29,239 nucleotides of DNA from Planctomycetota bacterium (GCA_039190745.1 JBCCXZ010000055.1:1-29239), one strand, 5' to 3'. Positions 14,823 to 24,244 are shown, numbered from the stretch's first letter. The notes: generated from the letters alone by a model not told the origin. Program-made: numbers and translations.

Positions 14823-17821
14823 AGCTCGGCGTCTTCCAAGTCTTGGGCGAGGTCGTCGAAGGCGGCGCGCCACTTGGGGCCGCCCATTTCCGGGTATAGC
14901 TGGTTCATGAAGGCGAGCCGCTTGCGTGCCGTCGCCAGGTGCTTGGGCCGGTCGGCGTCGGACGCCGCCAGGGCCGCGAGGTAGCGAGCGCGGGTCGCGT
15001 TGTACTGCGCGTCGAAGAACGCCTCACGGTAGCGCTGCGCCTGGGGGCTGTTCTCCTTGCCGTCGCGCTTGGCTTTCTGCAAGGCGTGGTTGGTGACTTT
15101 CGCCAAGCGGAGCCAACCCCAGAACAGGTTCTTGCCGCCCGGCTGGGGGCGGGCGCCGCGGATGGCCTGCTCCAACGCGGTTACGCTGCTCTGGGCTTCC
15201 CCCTGCTTCTGCAAGGTCGCGGCCGCGGCCTGTTGCAGGTCGAGCATGCTGTTGCGGCTGGAGAGGATGTCGGCGTAGTGGCCGAGCGCTTCGTCGTACT
15301 GCCCCTGGGCCGCGAGGCAGTCGCCCAGCCGCTTCCGCACGGCGAGCACCGCCACCGGGCTGGGGGCGGCCGAAGGGTCGTCTTCGGCGAGCTTCAGCAG
15401 CTCGCGGCAGGCGTCGGCGGCTTGTTCGAGGTAGGGCCGCGCCTCGGCGGGGCTGAGCGCTGCGCCGAGCTGCAGGCTCGCGTCGGCGACCCAGCTGCGG
15501 GTGCGCCAGTCTGCGGCGTCTTCGCTCTCAGCCACTTCGGTCAGCAGTTCGTAGAACGTCTTCGCGACGCTGCTTGCCGCTTGGTGCTCGCCGCGGGCGC
15601 GCAGGTCTTGGATCTGCTTTTGCAGCTCGGCGCCAAGCGTGACGAGCGCCCCCGTGATGCCTTTGCCGCCGCTGGACTTGCGGAGGGAGCGCATGAGCCG
15701 TACCGCCTTCTCACGCTGCGGCGGGCTCTGCAAGACGTAGCCCCGCAGGGCCAGCTTCTGGGCCTCGACCGCGAGTTGCTTGGAAAGGCCCGCCCCGCGG
15801 CGTCCGGCCAGGGCCAAGGGGCCGTTGTTGGGGTTCTCGAGCACCTCCACGGCGGTGTCGGCTTCGCCCGCGGCTAAGAGCGACTGGGTGTAGTAGAGGA
15901 TGCCCGCGGCCTGGGCCGGCGTCGGGGTTGCCGTTGGGCTGAGCCCCTCGTAGCCGCTACGCAAGAGTTCTGCGGCGTCTTGGGCGGCCGGGTCGTCGGG
16001 GGCGCCGCCGCTGCGGGCGTGCTCGGCCCACAGTGCACTGCCGAGCGCCAGTTCAGCTGCAGCACGTTTGCTGGCAGGCAGACGCTCGAGCAACCCCCGG
16101 GCGTCTGCCACTCGGCCTTCGGCTAGCGCGGTGTTCACCAGCAGCGTCTGGGCCGCCGCTGCTTCGGCCGAGTTGGGCCAGCGTCTGGCGATCAGCTCGG
16201 CGATCGCGGCGATGCGCGTGGATTCAAAACCGGTTTCGCCCGGGGTCTCGCGGTTGGCTCGCTGGTAGAGTTTTTCGTAAGCGGCCAGGGCGATCTTCGC
16301 CCCCGCGGCGGCGTGCTTGCTCTCCGCGTGACGCGTGGCAAGGTATTCCCCCAACACGGCCGCCTCGTGCGGTTGGTCGGCCTCCCAGTAGAGCCAGGCG
16401 AGCTGGTACCGCAACCCGTTCACCTCTTCGGGGTCGTCATCCGGGCCGGCCAGCCGCAGGCCCAGCCGCATCGCCCGCGTCGCTTGCGACCGGTAGCGGC
16501 CAGTCTCTTCGGCCAGCTCCGGGGCCGCTTCGGGGTTGTTCTTCTCGGCGAGTTTCGCGGCGAGCGACGCCGAGCTCATCCGCTCCAACGCTTCTCGGCC
16601 CATGGCGGCCGCCTCGGCGAACGACTTCGGCTGGGCGGTCGGAGACTTCGATCGCGAGAGCGACATCAGCCTGCGTGCGGCGAGCTTCTGGAATTGGTTT
16701 GGCCGGTCGGCGACCACGCGGAGCAGCCTGCGGGCGTCGCTGACCATGCGGTCGGAGCGGCTTCCTTGCTTGGCAAGCTCGGCCTGCGCCAGGTTCATTT
16801 CAGCGAGCTGGTACGCCACGGCGAGCCACTCTGGCAGGTTGCGCTCGCTAGAGCTGGTGTTGTCGAGCCAGTCGTTGCATTCGGCGATCGCCTCGTCGGC
16901 CTTGCCGGTGCTGCTGAGGCACTGCGCACGCCGCCAGTAGGTGCGGGCAACCAGCCGGCGGAAGTCCGGCTTGCCGACGGGCTGGTTGACGATGTCGGCG
17001 TAACAATTGAGCGCGCCCTTGTAGTCGCGCACCTCCTGCAGGCAACGCCCCTGGTAGAAGCGGCCGTAGAGCCCGATCAGCTTCTTGGGATAGCGTTCGT
17101 GCAGGGCGGCGAACTCGGCGGCCGCCTCGTCGAATGCTTCCTGGCGTGTTTCCGTGTCGCCCGGGAAGGTTCGTGCTTTGTCGAACGCGATCCGCGCGAC
17201 GCTGAACTGAGCTTCGGCGAGGTTGGTGCGGAGGCGGGCCCGGGCGGCGCGCGACTCGGCGTCGAGCCGGACTTCGGTCGGCTTCGGGAGCAGGCTGACC
17301 CGACGCTGGGTTTCTTCGAGCACCGAGCGCATCGTCTGTTCGGCCCGCTCAAGCAGCGCCCGCGCCGCCGGGTCGGAGCCGTTGGGCGAACCGTCCAGCA
17401 GCGCTGCGGCGCGCGTGGTGAGCACCGTGGCCGCTTCGCGCTGCGCTTCGAGTGCCAGCGGGTTGTCGGGGTTGGCTCGGGCGAACGCCTCGAATGCCGC
17501 GGCGGCTTGTTCTACTCGGTCGGTCGCCGACGCGAGGCCGCCCTCCGCCTGCGCCATCGCGGCGAGCGTCTTCGCCCGCTCGTAGTCGATCCGCTGGACG
17601 AAGCCCGGCATCGCGAGCGGGTCTTCCTCAACGCGGTCGAGGTACTCGAGCGCTGTGTCGTTCCAACCGCGCTGGCGGAGCCCCTCGACGAACCGCACCT
17701 CCGAGTCGGCGTTCTGGGCCGCGGCGGGGAACACAACGAGCAGAGCGCCGGCGTACGACAGCAGCACGGCGGCGACCTTGGTGGAGGGACCGGCCTGTGG
17801 CGGGGCGCCTTGAGCTATCAC
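14819..17821 (-). CDS. Large (1000 aa) exported TPR/alpha-solenoid protein
   Basis: Signal peptide ending AAAQ, FVEGLRQRG..DTALEYL, many TPR-like units (YQGRCL....DY.GAL.CY; LGDCLAAQGQYDEAL.HY). AGGA before the GTG start. Confidence 0.8.
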   Translation of the reverse strand: MIAQGAPPQAGPSTKVAAVLLSYAGALLVVFPAAAQNADSEVRFVEGLRQRGWNDTALEYLDRVEEDPLAMPGFVQRIDYERAKTLAAMAQAEGGLASATDRVEQAAAAFEAFARANPDNPLALEAQREAATVLTTRAAALLDGSPNGSDPAARALLERAEQTMRSVLEETQRRVSLLPKPTEVRLDAESRAARARLRTNLAEAQFSVARIAFDKARTFPGDTETRQEAFDEAAAEFAALHERYPKKLIGLYGRFYQGRCLQEVRDYKGALNCYADIVNQPVGKPDFRRLVARTYWRRAQCLSSTGKADEAIAECNDWLDNTSSSERNLPEWLAVAYQLAEMNLAQAELAKQGSRSDRMVSDARRLLRVVADRPNQFQKLAARRLMSLSRSKSPTAQPKSFAEAAAMGREALERMSSASLAAKLAEKNNPEAAPELAEETGRYRSQATRAMRLGLRLAGPDDDPEEVNGLRYQLAWLYWEADQPHEAAVLGEYLATRHAESKHAAAGAKIALAAYEKLYQRANRETPGETGFESTRIAAIAELIARRWPNSAEAAAAQTLLVNTALAEGRVADARGLLERLPASKRAAAELALGSALWAEHARSGGAPDDPAAQDAAELLRSGYEGLSPTATPTPAQAAGILYYTQSLLAAGEADTAVEVLENPNNGPLALAGRRGAGLSKQLAVEAQKLALRGYVLQSPPQREKAVRLMRSLRKSSGGKGITGALVTLGAELQKQIQDLRARGEHQAASSVAKTFYELLTEVAESEDAADWRTRSWVADASLQLGAALSPAEARPYLEQAADACRELLKLAEDDPSAAPSPVAVLAVRKRLGDCLAAQGQYDEALGHYADILSSRNSMLDLQQAAAATLQKQGEAQSSVTALEQAIRGARPQPGGKNLFWGWLRLAKVTNHALQKAKRDGKENSPQAQRYREAFFDAQYNATRARYLAALAASDADRPKHLATARKRLAFMNQLYPEMGGPKWRAAFDDLAQDLEDAEL

Positions 17822-17869
17822 GTCCGATCCTGAGTGGTCGACGAGCAGAGGTTTCTGTTCCGGGTGTCT

Positions 17870-17960
17870 ATTCTATCGATTGGCCGCAAGCGAACTACCG
17901 CGGCTTGGCCGGCTCGGCGGACGAAACCGCGTGTCGTCGCCGGCAGATCGAGACTAGACT
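17870..17960. promoter_or_regulatory. Divergent promoter region
   Basis: TAGAAT on the minus strand at 17870-17875 (TPR-ExbBD operon) and TAGACT on the plus strand at 17955-17960 (membrane protein operon). Confidence 0.4.
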
Positions 17961-18062
17961 TGCAGCAGGGCACGATCGATACAACCGCAACGGCCACGAC
18001 CTGGGCGTCCCCGCCTCCGACGGCCGCACTCAACGGCTTTTGCGTCTCCGGACGTTTTATCA

Positions 18063-19040
18063 ATGGACACCCGTCTTCACCGTCGCGCAGAACGCCCTCC
18101 GGCCTCGGCCGGCCGCGGAAAGGTCTGGGTGCTGCTGGGGGCGCTGGCGTTGGTCTCGGCGGCGATCTCGCGGACCCGACAACCGGAATTCGCCGAGCAA
18201 CTCGAACGGGTGTTTACCCCTCAGCAAGAAACACCCAATGCCGAGCCGCTCGGGTCCGAACCGGCGGGCTCGTTGAGCATCCTCGCCGGCGCAGACCCCG
18301 AAGAGCCGGAACCATTCGACCCGGCGCGCGAACAACTCGGGCCGCTCGACGCGATCCAGGACAACACCTACTTCCGCCCCGCAGAGCAGCCGGCGTGGTT
18401 CGCGATGCTCGGCCGGGTGCGCGACACGGCGGAGGAGACGCTCGCCGCGTCGGCGGTCGAGGGCGTCGGCTACGCGCAGCTCATTCAGCAGCCGGACGTC
18501 TACCGCGGCCGGGCCATTGCTTTGCGTGGCACGGTGGTCCGCGAGGAGCAAACCGGGGCGGCCGCCAACGACGCCGGCATCAACGGCTACCACCGCTTGT
18601 GGATCGCCCCGCGGGGCGGCGGCAAGTGGCCGTTGGTGGCGTACTGCTTGGAACTGCCGGAGGCGTTCCCCCGGGGAGACGGGCTCCGTGAGCCGGTCGA
18701 ACTCACCGGTCTGTTCTTCAAGAACTGGTCATACGCTTTCGAGGAATCGGACGGCGCGAACGGTCTGGGCCTTGCGCCTGTGGTGCTAGCGAAGAATGTG
18801 TCTTGGGCGCCGCAACCGGTCGAGCCCGCTGGCCGGGAGACCGTAGGAGAAGCAAGCGGGGTGACGGTCCTGCTGACCGCGGCGGCTGCGGGGCTCGTCA
18901 CGGCCTGGGCGTGGCGACGGACCCGGCGCCCGGACCGCGGTGCGCCGGCGGTTGCGGTCGATTGGGAAGGCGTCGACCTCAGCGAAGGCGGCGCGGAGGC
19001 GAGGCTCGCCAATCTCGCCGCGAGCGAGGACGCTGAATGA
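18063..19040 (+). CDS. Hypothetical membrane protein (N- and C-terminal TM, OB-fold-like module)
   Basis: TM VWVLLGALALVSAAI; QPDVYRGRAIALRGTV and LPEAFPRG...REPVELTGLFFKNW.Y; C-terminal TM followed by RRTRR. Confidence 0.75.
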   Translation: MDTRLHRRAERPPASAGRGKVWVLLGALALVSAAISRTRQPEFAEQLERVFTPQQETPNAEPLGSEPAGSLSILAGADPEEPEPFDPAREQLGPLDAIQDNTYFRPAEQPAWFAMLGRVRDTAEETLAASAVEGVGYAQLIQQPDVYRGRAIALRGTVVREEQTGAAANDAGINGYHRLWIAPRGGGKWPLVAYCLELPEAFPRGDGLREPVELTGLFFKNWSYAFEESDGANGLGLAPVVLAKNVSWAPQPVEPAGRETVGEASGVTVLLTAAAAGLVTAWAWRRTRRPDRGAPAVAVDWEGVDLSEGGAEARLANLAASEDAE

Positions 19041-20497
19041 CGCGCTACTCGACCGCAGTCAAGCGTTCCGCCTTGGCGGGCTTGTTGTGCTATGTCTTCG
19101 CAGGCGCATGCGCTGGCCAAGAGGACCCAGTCGGAACCGAAGCCGACGGCTTCGCCGCCGTGCTCGAGGCCGGCGGGCTCTATCTGGAACTCTTGAGTGA
19201 AGAGACAGACGGGCGTGTCCTCCACCGTCTACGCGGCTTGCCGCCCAAACGCCTAGCCGAGTGGGCGTCGCCGCTGCCGGGCGACGGCGTCTTCCGTTTG
19301 GGCGAGCTGTACCGCCTCCGCGGAAGGCTGATGAGCGCCATCAGAAAACCCAGGCCAGGGTCTACTACTCTCAGTCAAGCGGCTCCCTTTGTTTGCACGA
19401 TTGCGCTCGACCCGTCTGGCGGCGTCGCTGTAGTACGCGTGCCTCGGGCGCCGCGGGAGCTGTCCAATCGCACCGAGCTCGACGAACCCGTCGATGCGAT
19501 CGGCGTTTGTGTTGATGCTGGAGCCGAAGATGCGGCGGCGCGTTTTGTTGCCTTGCGGATTGCCTGGTTCCCCGAGCAAGGCCTCGATTCCGGCCGGCTG
19601 CTGTTGGCTGCTTCGGGTTTTGACGTCGGCTTGCTAGAAGAGGTCCGGCACCGGCGGCGGTTCGTGAACGAGGCGGTCAGTTTGGAGGGGCAGGCGTTCC
19701 GCTCCTGTTTACGAGCGGTTAGCGGCATTGGATTTGAGAGCCTTGCGGCGCCGGCTCAGGAGGCGGTCGCCGACGCCGCAGAGCTTTGGCGGGTCGAACT
19801 CGACCAGCCCGGTCGACCCGGGGCGATGGCCGCGGCGGTGGTCGAGGCCGCCGCCGAAGGCCGCAGCTCCGTCGCGCCGCTCTTCTTGCAACCGGAAAAG
19901 GAAACTGGCAAGCTGGTCCTGCTCACCGGGCTGGCGCGTCGAGCGGTACGCATCGCCCTAGCGCCTTCGAACCGTGTGCCGCTAGGCCGCGGTGCGGCGG
20001 ACCCCGCCGCCGACGGCATCGACGGTTACTACGAGGTCGACTTGTTTACGCCCGATTCGCAGAACCTGCCGGTGGTCTGTTGCGTCCCGACGCTGCCGGA
20101 GGGTTTCCCGGTCGGGGAAGAGATCCGCGAGACGGTCCGCGTGCCGGCGTTCTTCTTCAAGAGTTGGCGGTACCGCTCGCGCCGCGACCCGGCCGAAGAC
20201 CGCGCAACGCAGTTGTACGCCCCGTTGGTGATTGCACCAGGCCTCGCTTGGCTGAAGCAGCCGGCCCAGGCTGGGGGGCGCGGTTCTCTGGCGTGGGGGG
20301 CGGCAGCGGCGGCGCTGCTCGGCGGTTTATGGTGGGCGCTCGCCGCCGTGGCGAAGCACGACCGGCTCCAACGGCGGCGTATCGACGCCCTCCTAGAGCA
20401 GCCGGTTCCATTACCAACAGCGGGCGAACCATCAGCGGACGGACGAAGAGCGGGCGATGCACCGCGGCACAGCGGCGGGGCGCCCGATGAGCGATAA
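19037..20497 (+). CDS. Hypothetical exported/membrane protein, paralog of 18063-19040
   Basis: Signal peptide, LPEGFPVG...RETV....FFKSW.Y, APLVIA, C-terminal TM. ATGA coupling to the upstream gene. Confidence 0.75.
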   Translation: MTRYSTAVKRSALAGLLCYVFAGACAGQEDPVGTEADGFAAVLEAGGLYLELLSEETDGRVLHRLRGLPPKRLAEWASPLPGDGVFRLGELYRLRGRLMSAIRKPRPGSTTLSQAAPFVCTIALDPSGGVAVVRVPRAPRELSNRTELDEPVDAIGVCVDAGAEDAAARFVALRIAWFPEQGLDSGRLLLAASGFDVGLLEEVRHRRRFVNEAVSLEGQAFRSCLRAVSGIGFESLAAPAQEAVADAAELWRVELDQPGRPGAMAAAVVEAAAEGRSSVAPLFLQPEKETGKLVLLTGLARRAVRIALAPSNRVPLGRGAADPAADGIDGYYEVDLFTPDSQNLPVVCCVPTLPEGFPVGEEIRETVRVPAFFFKSWRYRSRRDPAEDRATQLYAPLVIAPGLAWLKQPAQAGGRGSLAWGAAAAALLGGLWWALAAVAKHDRLQRRRIDALLEQPVPLPTAGEPSADGRRAGDAPRHSGGAPDER

Positions 20498-21689
20498 CCA
20501 AGCCATGGAACGCGGCAACGGTCGGAAGCGGCGCTTGAGCGGCGTGCTTTCTCGCCGCGTCGAGCAGCCGCACGCCGAGCGGGCGACTAAGAACCCGATC
20601 CCCTGGTATACGCCCCGCTTCTGGCACGGCATGCAGCTGGGCGTGCTCGCCCGGCAATTCGCGCGGCACGGCTTCCGGGTGTCGCCCAGCAAGTGGCACA
20701 CCGCGGCGAGTATCACGGCCACCAGCATGGTGAACAGCGCCGCGGCGCTGGCCGACGCGGCGATTTACGGCGGGAGCGTCCGCCGCACCGAGCTGGAACA
20801 CCCGCCGCTGTTCATCCTCGGCCACTGGCGTTCGGGCACGACGTTCTTGCACGAGCTGCTGATCCGCGACCCGCGGCACACCTTCGCGACGACCTACCAG
20901 TGCTACGCGGCGTCGCACTTTGTGCTGAGCGAGGCGTGGGTCACGCCGTGGACGGGCTTCTTGCTGCCCAGCCGCCGGCCGATGGACAACATGGCCGCCG
21001 GTTGGCAGCGGCCTCAGGAAGACGAGATGGCGCTGGCCAACCTCGGCGTGCCGTCGCCATATTTGTCGATGATGTTCCCTAACGACGGGCCGGTGTTCGA
21101 AGAGTACCTGGACCTCGCCGGCCTCTCCGACGAAGAGCTGCAGCGTTGGAAGACTTCCGTCGAGCGTTTCATCCGCCGACTCACCTACCGCGACAGCCGC
21201 AGGATCGTTCTGAAGTCGCCGCCGCATACTGCTCGTGTGCGTGTGCTGCGAGAGATGTTCCCCGACGCGCGGTTCCTCCACATCTCCCGCGACCCGTACG
21301 AGCTATTCGCCTCGACCTGCAACCTGTGGAAATCGCTCAATGAGACGCAGACCTTGCAGAACGGCGTCGATGAGAGCTGGATCGAGGAGTACGTCTACGG
21401 AACACTCACGCGGATGTACGAGGCTTACGGCCGCGATACGGCCGGCATGGCCGCGGATCGGCTTATGGAGGTCCGTTACGAAGACCTCGTCGACGATCCC
21501 TGGAGGGTGGTGGAGCAGGCGTACGGCCAGCTCGACCTTGGCGACCCTGCCGAGGCGGAGCCCGGGGTGCGGGCGTATCTTGGAGAGGTGCAGAGCTACC
21601 GCCGCAACCGCCACGAACTGGACGAAGCAACCCGGGCCTCGGTCCGCGAGCGTTGGTCGGGCTACTTCGAGCGGTACGGTTACGAGTAA
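20487..21689 (+). CDS. PAPS-dependent sulfotransferase
   Basis: PPLFILGHWRSGTTFLHELL (5'-PSB loop), PQEDE, LKSPPHT, RDP...FAS (3'-PB), VRYEDLV.DP. Confidence 0.9.
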   Translation: MSDNQAMERGNGRKRRLSGVLSRRVEQPHAERATKNPIPWYTPRFWHGMQLGVLARQFARHGFRVSPSKWHTAASITATSMVNSAAALADAAIYGGSVRRTELEHPPLFILGHWRSGTTFLHELLIRDPRHTFATTYQCYAASHFVLSEAWVTPWTGFLLPSRRPMDNMAAGWQRPQEDEMALANLGVPSPYLSMMFPNDGPVFEEYLDLAGLSDEELQRWKTSVERFIRRLTYRDSRRIVLKSPPHTARVRVLREMFPDARFLHISRDPYELFASTCNLWKSLNETQTLQNGVDESWIEEYVYGTLTRMYEAYGRDTAGMAADRLMEVRYEDLVDDPWRVVEQAYGQLDLGDPAEAEPGVRAYLGEVQSYRRNRHELDEATRASVRERWSGYFERYGYE

Positions 21690-21702
21690 CTGGTTCCGGC
21701 CT

Positions 21703-22014
21703 TCAGTGTGGCTCCTCAAGCACTCGCGGGATGTCTCGTGCGTTGTGTAGCACCCGGATAACGTGGACGCCGTCTTCGGTGGGCGTGTAGAACACCGAGT
21801 AGTTGCTGTAGCCGGACACAAGTTTACGCCGCACTCCCTCGATGCGCTTGTGCGGGTACTCGGGTGACAGCAGCGGATTCTTTGCTACTAGCGCGAAGGT
21901 TTCTTGGGTAGCTGAGAGCAACCGTTCCGCGGCTGAGTGGCTCTCCTGACCAACGAAGGCGAAGATGCTCGCCAAGTCGCGTTCCGCGGCGACGGAGAGG
22001 GTGGCTTTGGCCAT
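21703..22014 (-). CDS. Type II toxin, ParE/RelE family
   Basis: LS..AERDL..I...V, AA.R, NP, GVRR, Y.VFY, V.VIRVLHNARD. Confidence 0.88.
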   Translation of the reverse strand: MAKATLSVAAERDLASIFAFVGQESHSAAERLLSATQETFALVAKNPLLSPEYPHKRIEGVRRKLVSGYSNYSVFYTPTEDGVHVIRVLHNARDIPRVLEEPH

Positions 22015-22018
22015 GCGG

Positions 22019-22282
22019 CTAGGAATCCGACGGCCGTGCCGTATTCCGTTTCAGCTCACCCCGCTGACGCTCCCAGAAGGCGTCGTCCGCGATCCCGTAG
22101 ACGCCGCTCCGGACGCCCTCGTCGATCGCGGCCTCGATCCGCGCCGCGTTCTCTGCCTCGCTCAAGGGTTCGTCGCGTTGAATGAGCATGAGCACGTACT
22201 CGGTCACGTCAGCAAAACCGGCCTGGCCGGCTTTGGTGCGGAGAGAGGCTTCGGCGTCTGGCGGGATGTTGATCTGCATCAT
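22019..22282 (-). CDS. Putative ParD-like ribbon-helix-helix antitoxin
   Basis: MQINIP....A.L...A..AGFADV.EYV..LI and I..AIDEG..SG, both ParD-like. Lies 4 nt upstream of the ParE gene. Confidence 0.75.
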   Translation of the reverse strand: MMQINIPPDAEASLRTKAGQAGFADVTEYVLMLIQRDEPLSEAENAARIEAAIDEGVRSGVYGIADDAFWERQRGELKRNTARPSDS

Positions 22283-22296
22283 CAGTACCTCACCTT

Positions 22297-22333
22297 AGTC
22301 TAGCCGTACCCAGAAGGTGGTCAAACTCACCAC
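22297..22333 (-). promoter_or_regulatory. Sigma70-type promoter and candidate operator of the TA operon
   Basis: TTGACC (22324-22319), 16-nt spacer, TAGACT (22302-22297). Palindrome gtggt-N7-accac at 22317-22333 overlaps the -35. AAGGTGAGG RBS follows. Confidence 0.6.
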
Positions 22334-22348
22334 AACTGGCTTCCCACG

Positions 22349-23431
22349 CTACGCCGCCCGCTGCGGCGGCGGCTTCTTGCCCTTGAGCTGGTAGACGTAC
22401 GCCAGGACCTCGGCGACCGCGGCGTAGCTGCTGTCCGGCACGGGGTGGCCGACTTCTACGTCTTTGTAGAGCGAGCGCGCCAGCGGCTTGCGCTCGACGA
22501 CCGGGATGTTGTTCTCGAGCGCAAGGCGGCGGATGCGTTGGGCGATCAGCCCGGCCCCCTTGGCTACCACAACCGGCGCCGCCATCTCGTCGGCGTCGTA
22601 CTGGATCGCCACCGACAGCTCGGTTGGGTTGGTCACCACCACGTCCGCCTGCGGTACTTTTTCACCGATGCGGTTCAGAGCCATCTGCCGCTGGATCGCC
22701 CGGCGGCGGGCGATCACCTCCGGGTTGCCCTGCAGGTTTTTCATCTCCTCGCGGACTTCTTGGTTCGACATCTTCAGGTCTTGCTCGTGCTTCCAACGCT
22801 GGAAGGCGTAGTCGCCCAGCGCGAGCACCAAAAGCGCGATCGCCACCCACAACGCCGTCTGCAGGGCCACGTCGCACAACAGGGCAAGGATCTGCCCGCA
22901 GGAGAGGTGGCTGCAGTAGAGCACTTCGTCGCGACGCAAGTAAACCACCACGCCAGACACGGCGGAAACGATCAGCACCTTGAACAACCCGAACGACAGA
23001 CGCGCGACCGAGGTGGTCGAGAACAAGCGCTTGAAGCCCGAGGCGGGGCTGATGCGGCTCAGGTCGGGGCTGAGCCGGGAGGGCACGAACAGGAAGCCCA
23101 CCTGGAACACGCTCGCCGCGGCCGAGGCGACCATCAGCAGGCCGATGATCGGCAGCACCGCCCGCGCAATTTCCGTAAGCAACTGACGGGAACGGGCCAC
23201 CACCTCGGCGGGGTCGGTGGCGAGCGGGCCGAGCGTGCCCAGCTCGTGGGCCATGATCGAGGCGGTCGTCTCGCCCAGCGAGCGGCCCCAGTACATCAGC
23301 AAGAGCACGGCCGCCACGAGCAGCACCGCGGAGCCCAGGTCTTGGCTCATCGCGACCTGCCCCTGCTCGCGGGCTTGGTCACGCCGGTGCTGTGTCGGCT
23401 CTTGTGTCTTCTCGCCGGACTGGTCGGCCAT
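22349..23431 (-). CDS. flhB: Flagellar export protein FlhB
   Basis: EKTQEPT..R...AREQGQV..S, LKMS.QEVREE.K..QGNP, VVTNPT autocleavage site (NPTE instead of NPTH), VVAKG, LARSLY. Confidence 0.96.
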   Translation of the reverse strand: MADQSGEKTQEPTQHRRDQAREQGQVAMSQDLGSAVLLVAAVLLLMYWGRSLGETTASIMAHELGTLGPLATDPAEVVARSRQLLTEIARAVLPIIGLLMVASAAASVFQVGFLFVPSRLSPDLSRISPASGFKRLFSTTSVARLSFGLFKVLIVSAVSGVVVYLRRDEVLYCSHLSCGQILALLCDVALQTALWVAIALLVLALGDYAFQRWKHEQDLKMSNQEVREEMKNLQGNPEVIARRRAIQRQMALNRIGEKVPQADVVVTNPTELSVAIQYDADEMAAPVVVAKGAGLIAQRIRRLALENNIPVVERKPLARSLYKDVEVGHPVPDSSYAAVAEVLAYVYQLKGKKPPPQRAA

Positions 23432-23441
23432 GGCGCTCTCG

Positions 23442-24242
23442 CTACGGTGCGGCGGGCGCCGCTTCCACGGGCCGCACCGAGTCCAACAGCAGTGTCACCG
23501 CATGGTCGATCTGCTGCGGGAAGGCCCAGGCGATCGCGCCGACCGAGACGGCCATCGCACCCAGCATCATGACCTGGTTCACGCTGAAGCCGACGGCCAG
23601 GATGTTGATCTGCGGCAGCGTCCGGCCGACCAGGCCGAGCACCACGGTCGCCAGCAGCAGCGCAGTCAGCGTGGGGGCCGCGGCGCGGATCCCCAGCAGG
23701 AAGCTGTGCGTGAGCAGCGTGACGAGCGCGTCGACATAGCTCTCGCCGAGGGTGGCCCGCCCCGGCGGGAGCCAGCTGAACGTATCGAGCAGAGCCCCCA
23801 TCACCAGCCGGTGCCCGCCCAGGATGCCGAACATCGCGATTGTCAGGAAGTACAAGAGCTGCGAGTAGATCGTCGAGTTGCTGTTGGTCGCTGGGTCGAA
23901 CACGTCGGCCAGCGCGACGCCGCCCATTAGGCTGATCGCCTGCCCCGCGAGCTGGATGCCGCTTAGCAGAAGCGCGACGCCGAACCCCAGCAGCAGCCCG
24001 AGCAGTGTCTCGCGTGCAAGATGCGAGAGCAGCATGGGCGTGCTGAACACGTCGGCGGGCAGCGCGTGCGAGAACATCGGGGTCAGCAGCAGCGAGACGG
24101 AGACCGCAAGCAGTGCCCGGAACCGCACCGGGGCGGCCTGGGCGTTCAGGATCGGAGCCGTTGCGACCAGCCCCCCCACGCGGGCGAGCACCAGCATGAA
24201 CGCCGCGAACTGGCTGAGCAGGAAGTGCTCGACGAGGGACAT
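23442..24242 (-). CDS. fliR: Flagellar export protein FliR
   Basis: LARV.G....AP, E.LLG..LG, AGQ.I....G, FDP, GGH, RTLPQINI..VGF. Start ATG 24242. Confidence 0.93.
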   Translation of the reverse strand: MSLVEHFLLSQFAAFMLVLARVGGLVATAPILNAQAAPVRFRALLAVSVSLLLTPMFSHALPADVFSTPMLLSHLARETLLGLLLGFGVALLLSGIQLAGQAISLMGGVALADVFDPATNSNSTIYSQLLYFLTIAMFGILGGHRLVMGALLDTFSWLPPGRATLGESYVDALVTLLTHSFLLGIRAAAPTLTALLLATVVLGLVGRTLPQINILAVGFSVNQVMMLGAMAVSVGAIAWAFPQQIDHAVTLLLDSVRPVEAAPAAP

Positions 24243-24244
24243 GC

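Noticed and set aside
16313..17833. 506-aa plus-strand ORF (and other long antisense ORFs such as 22445-23572)
   Set aside because: Mirror frames of real genes, with no independent evidence.
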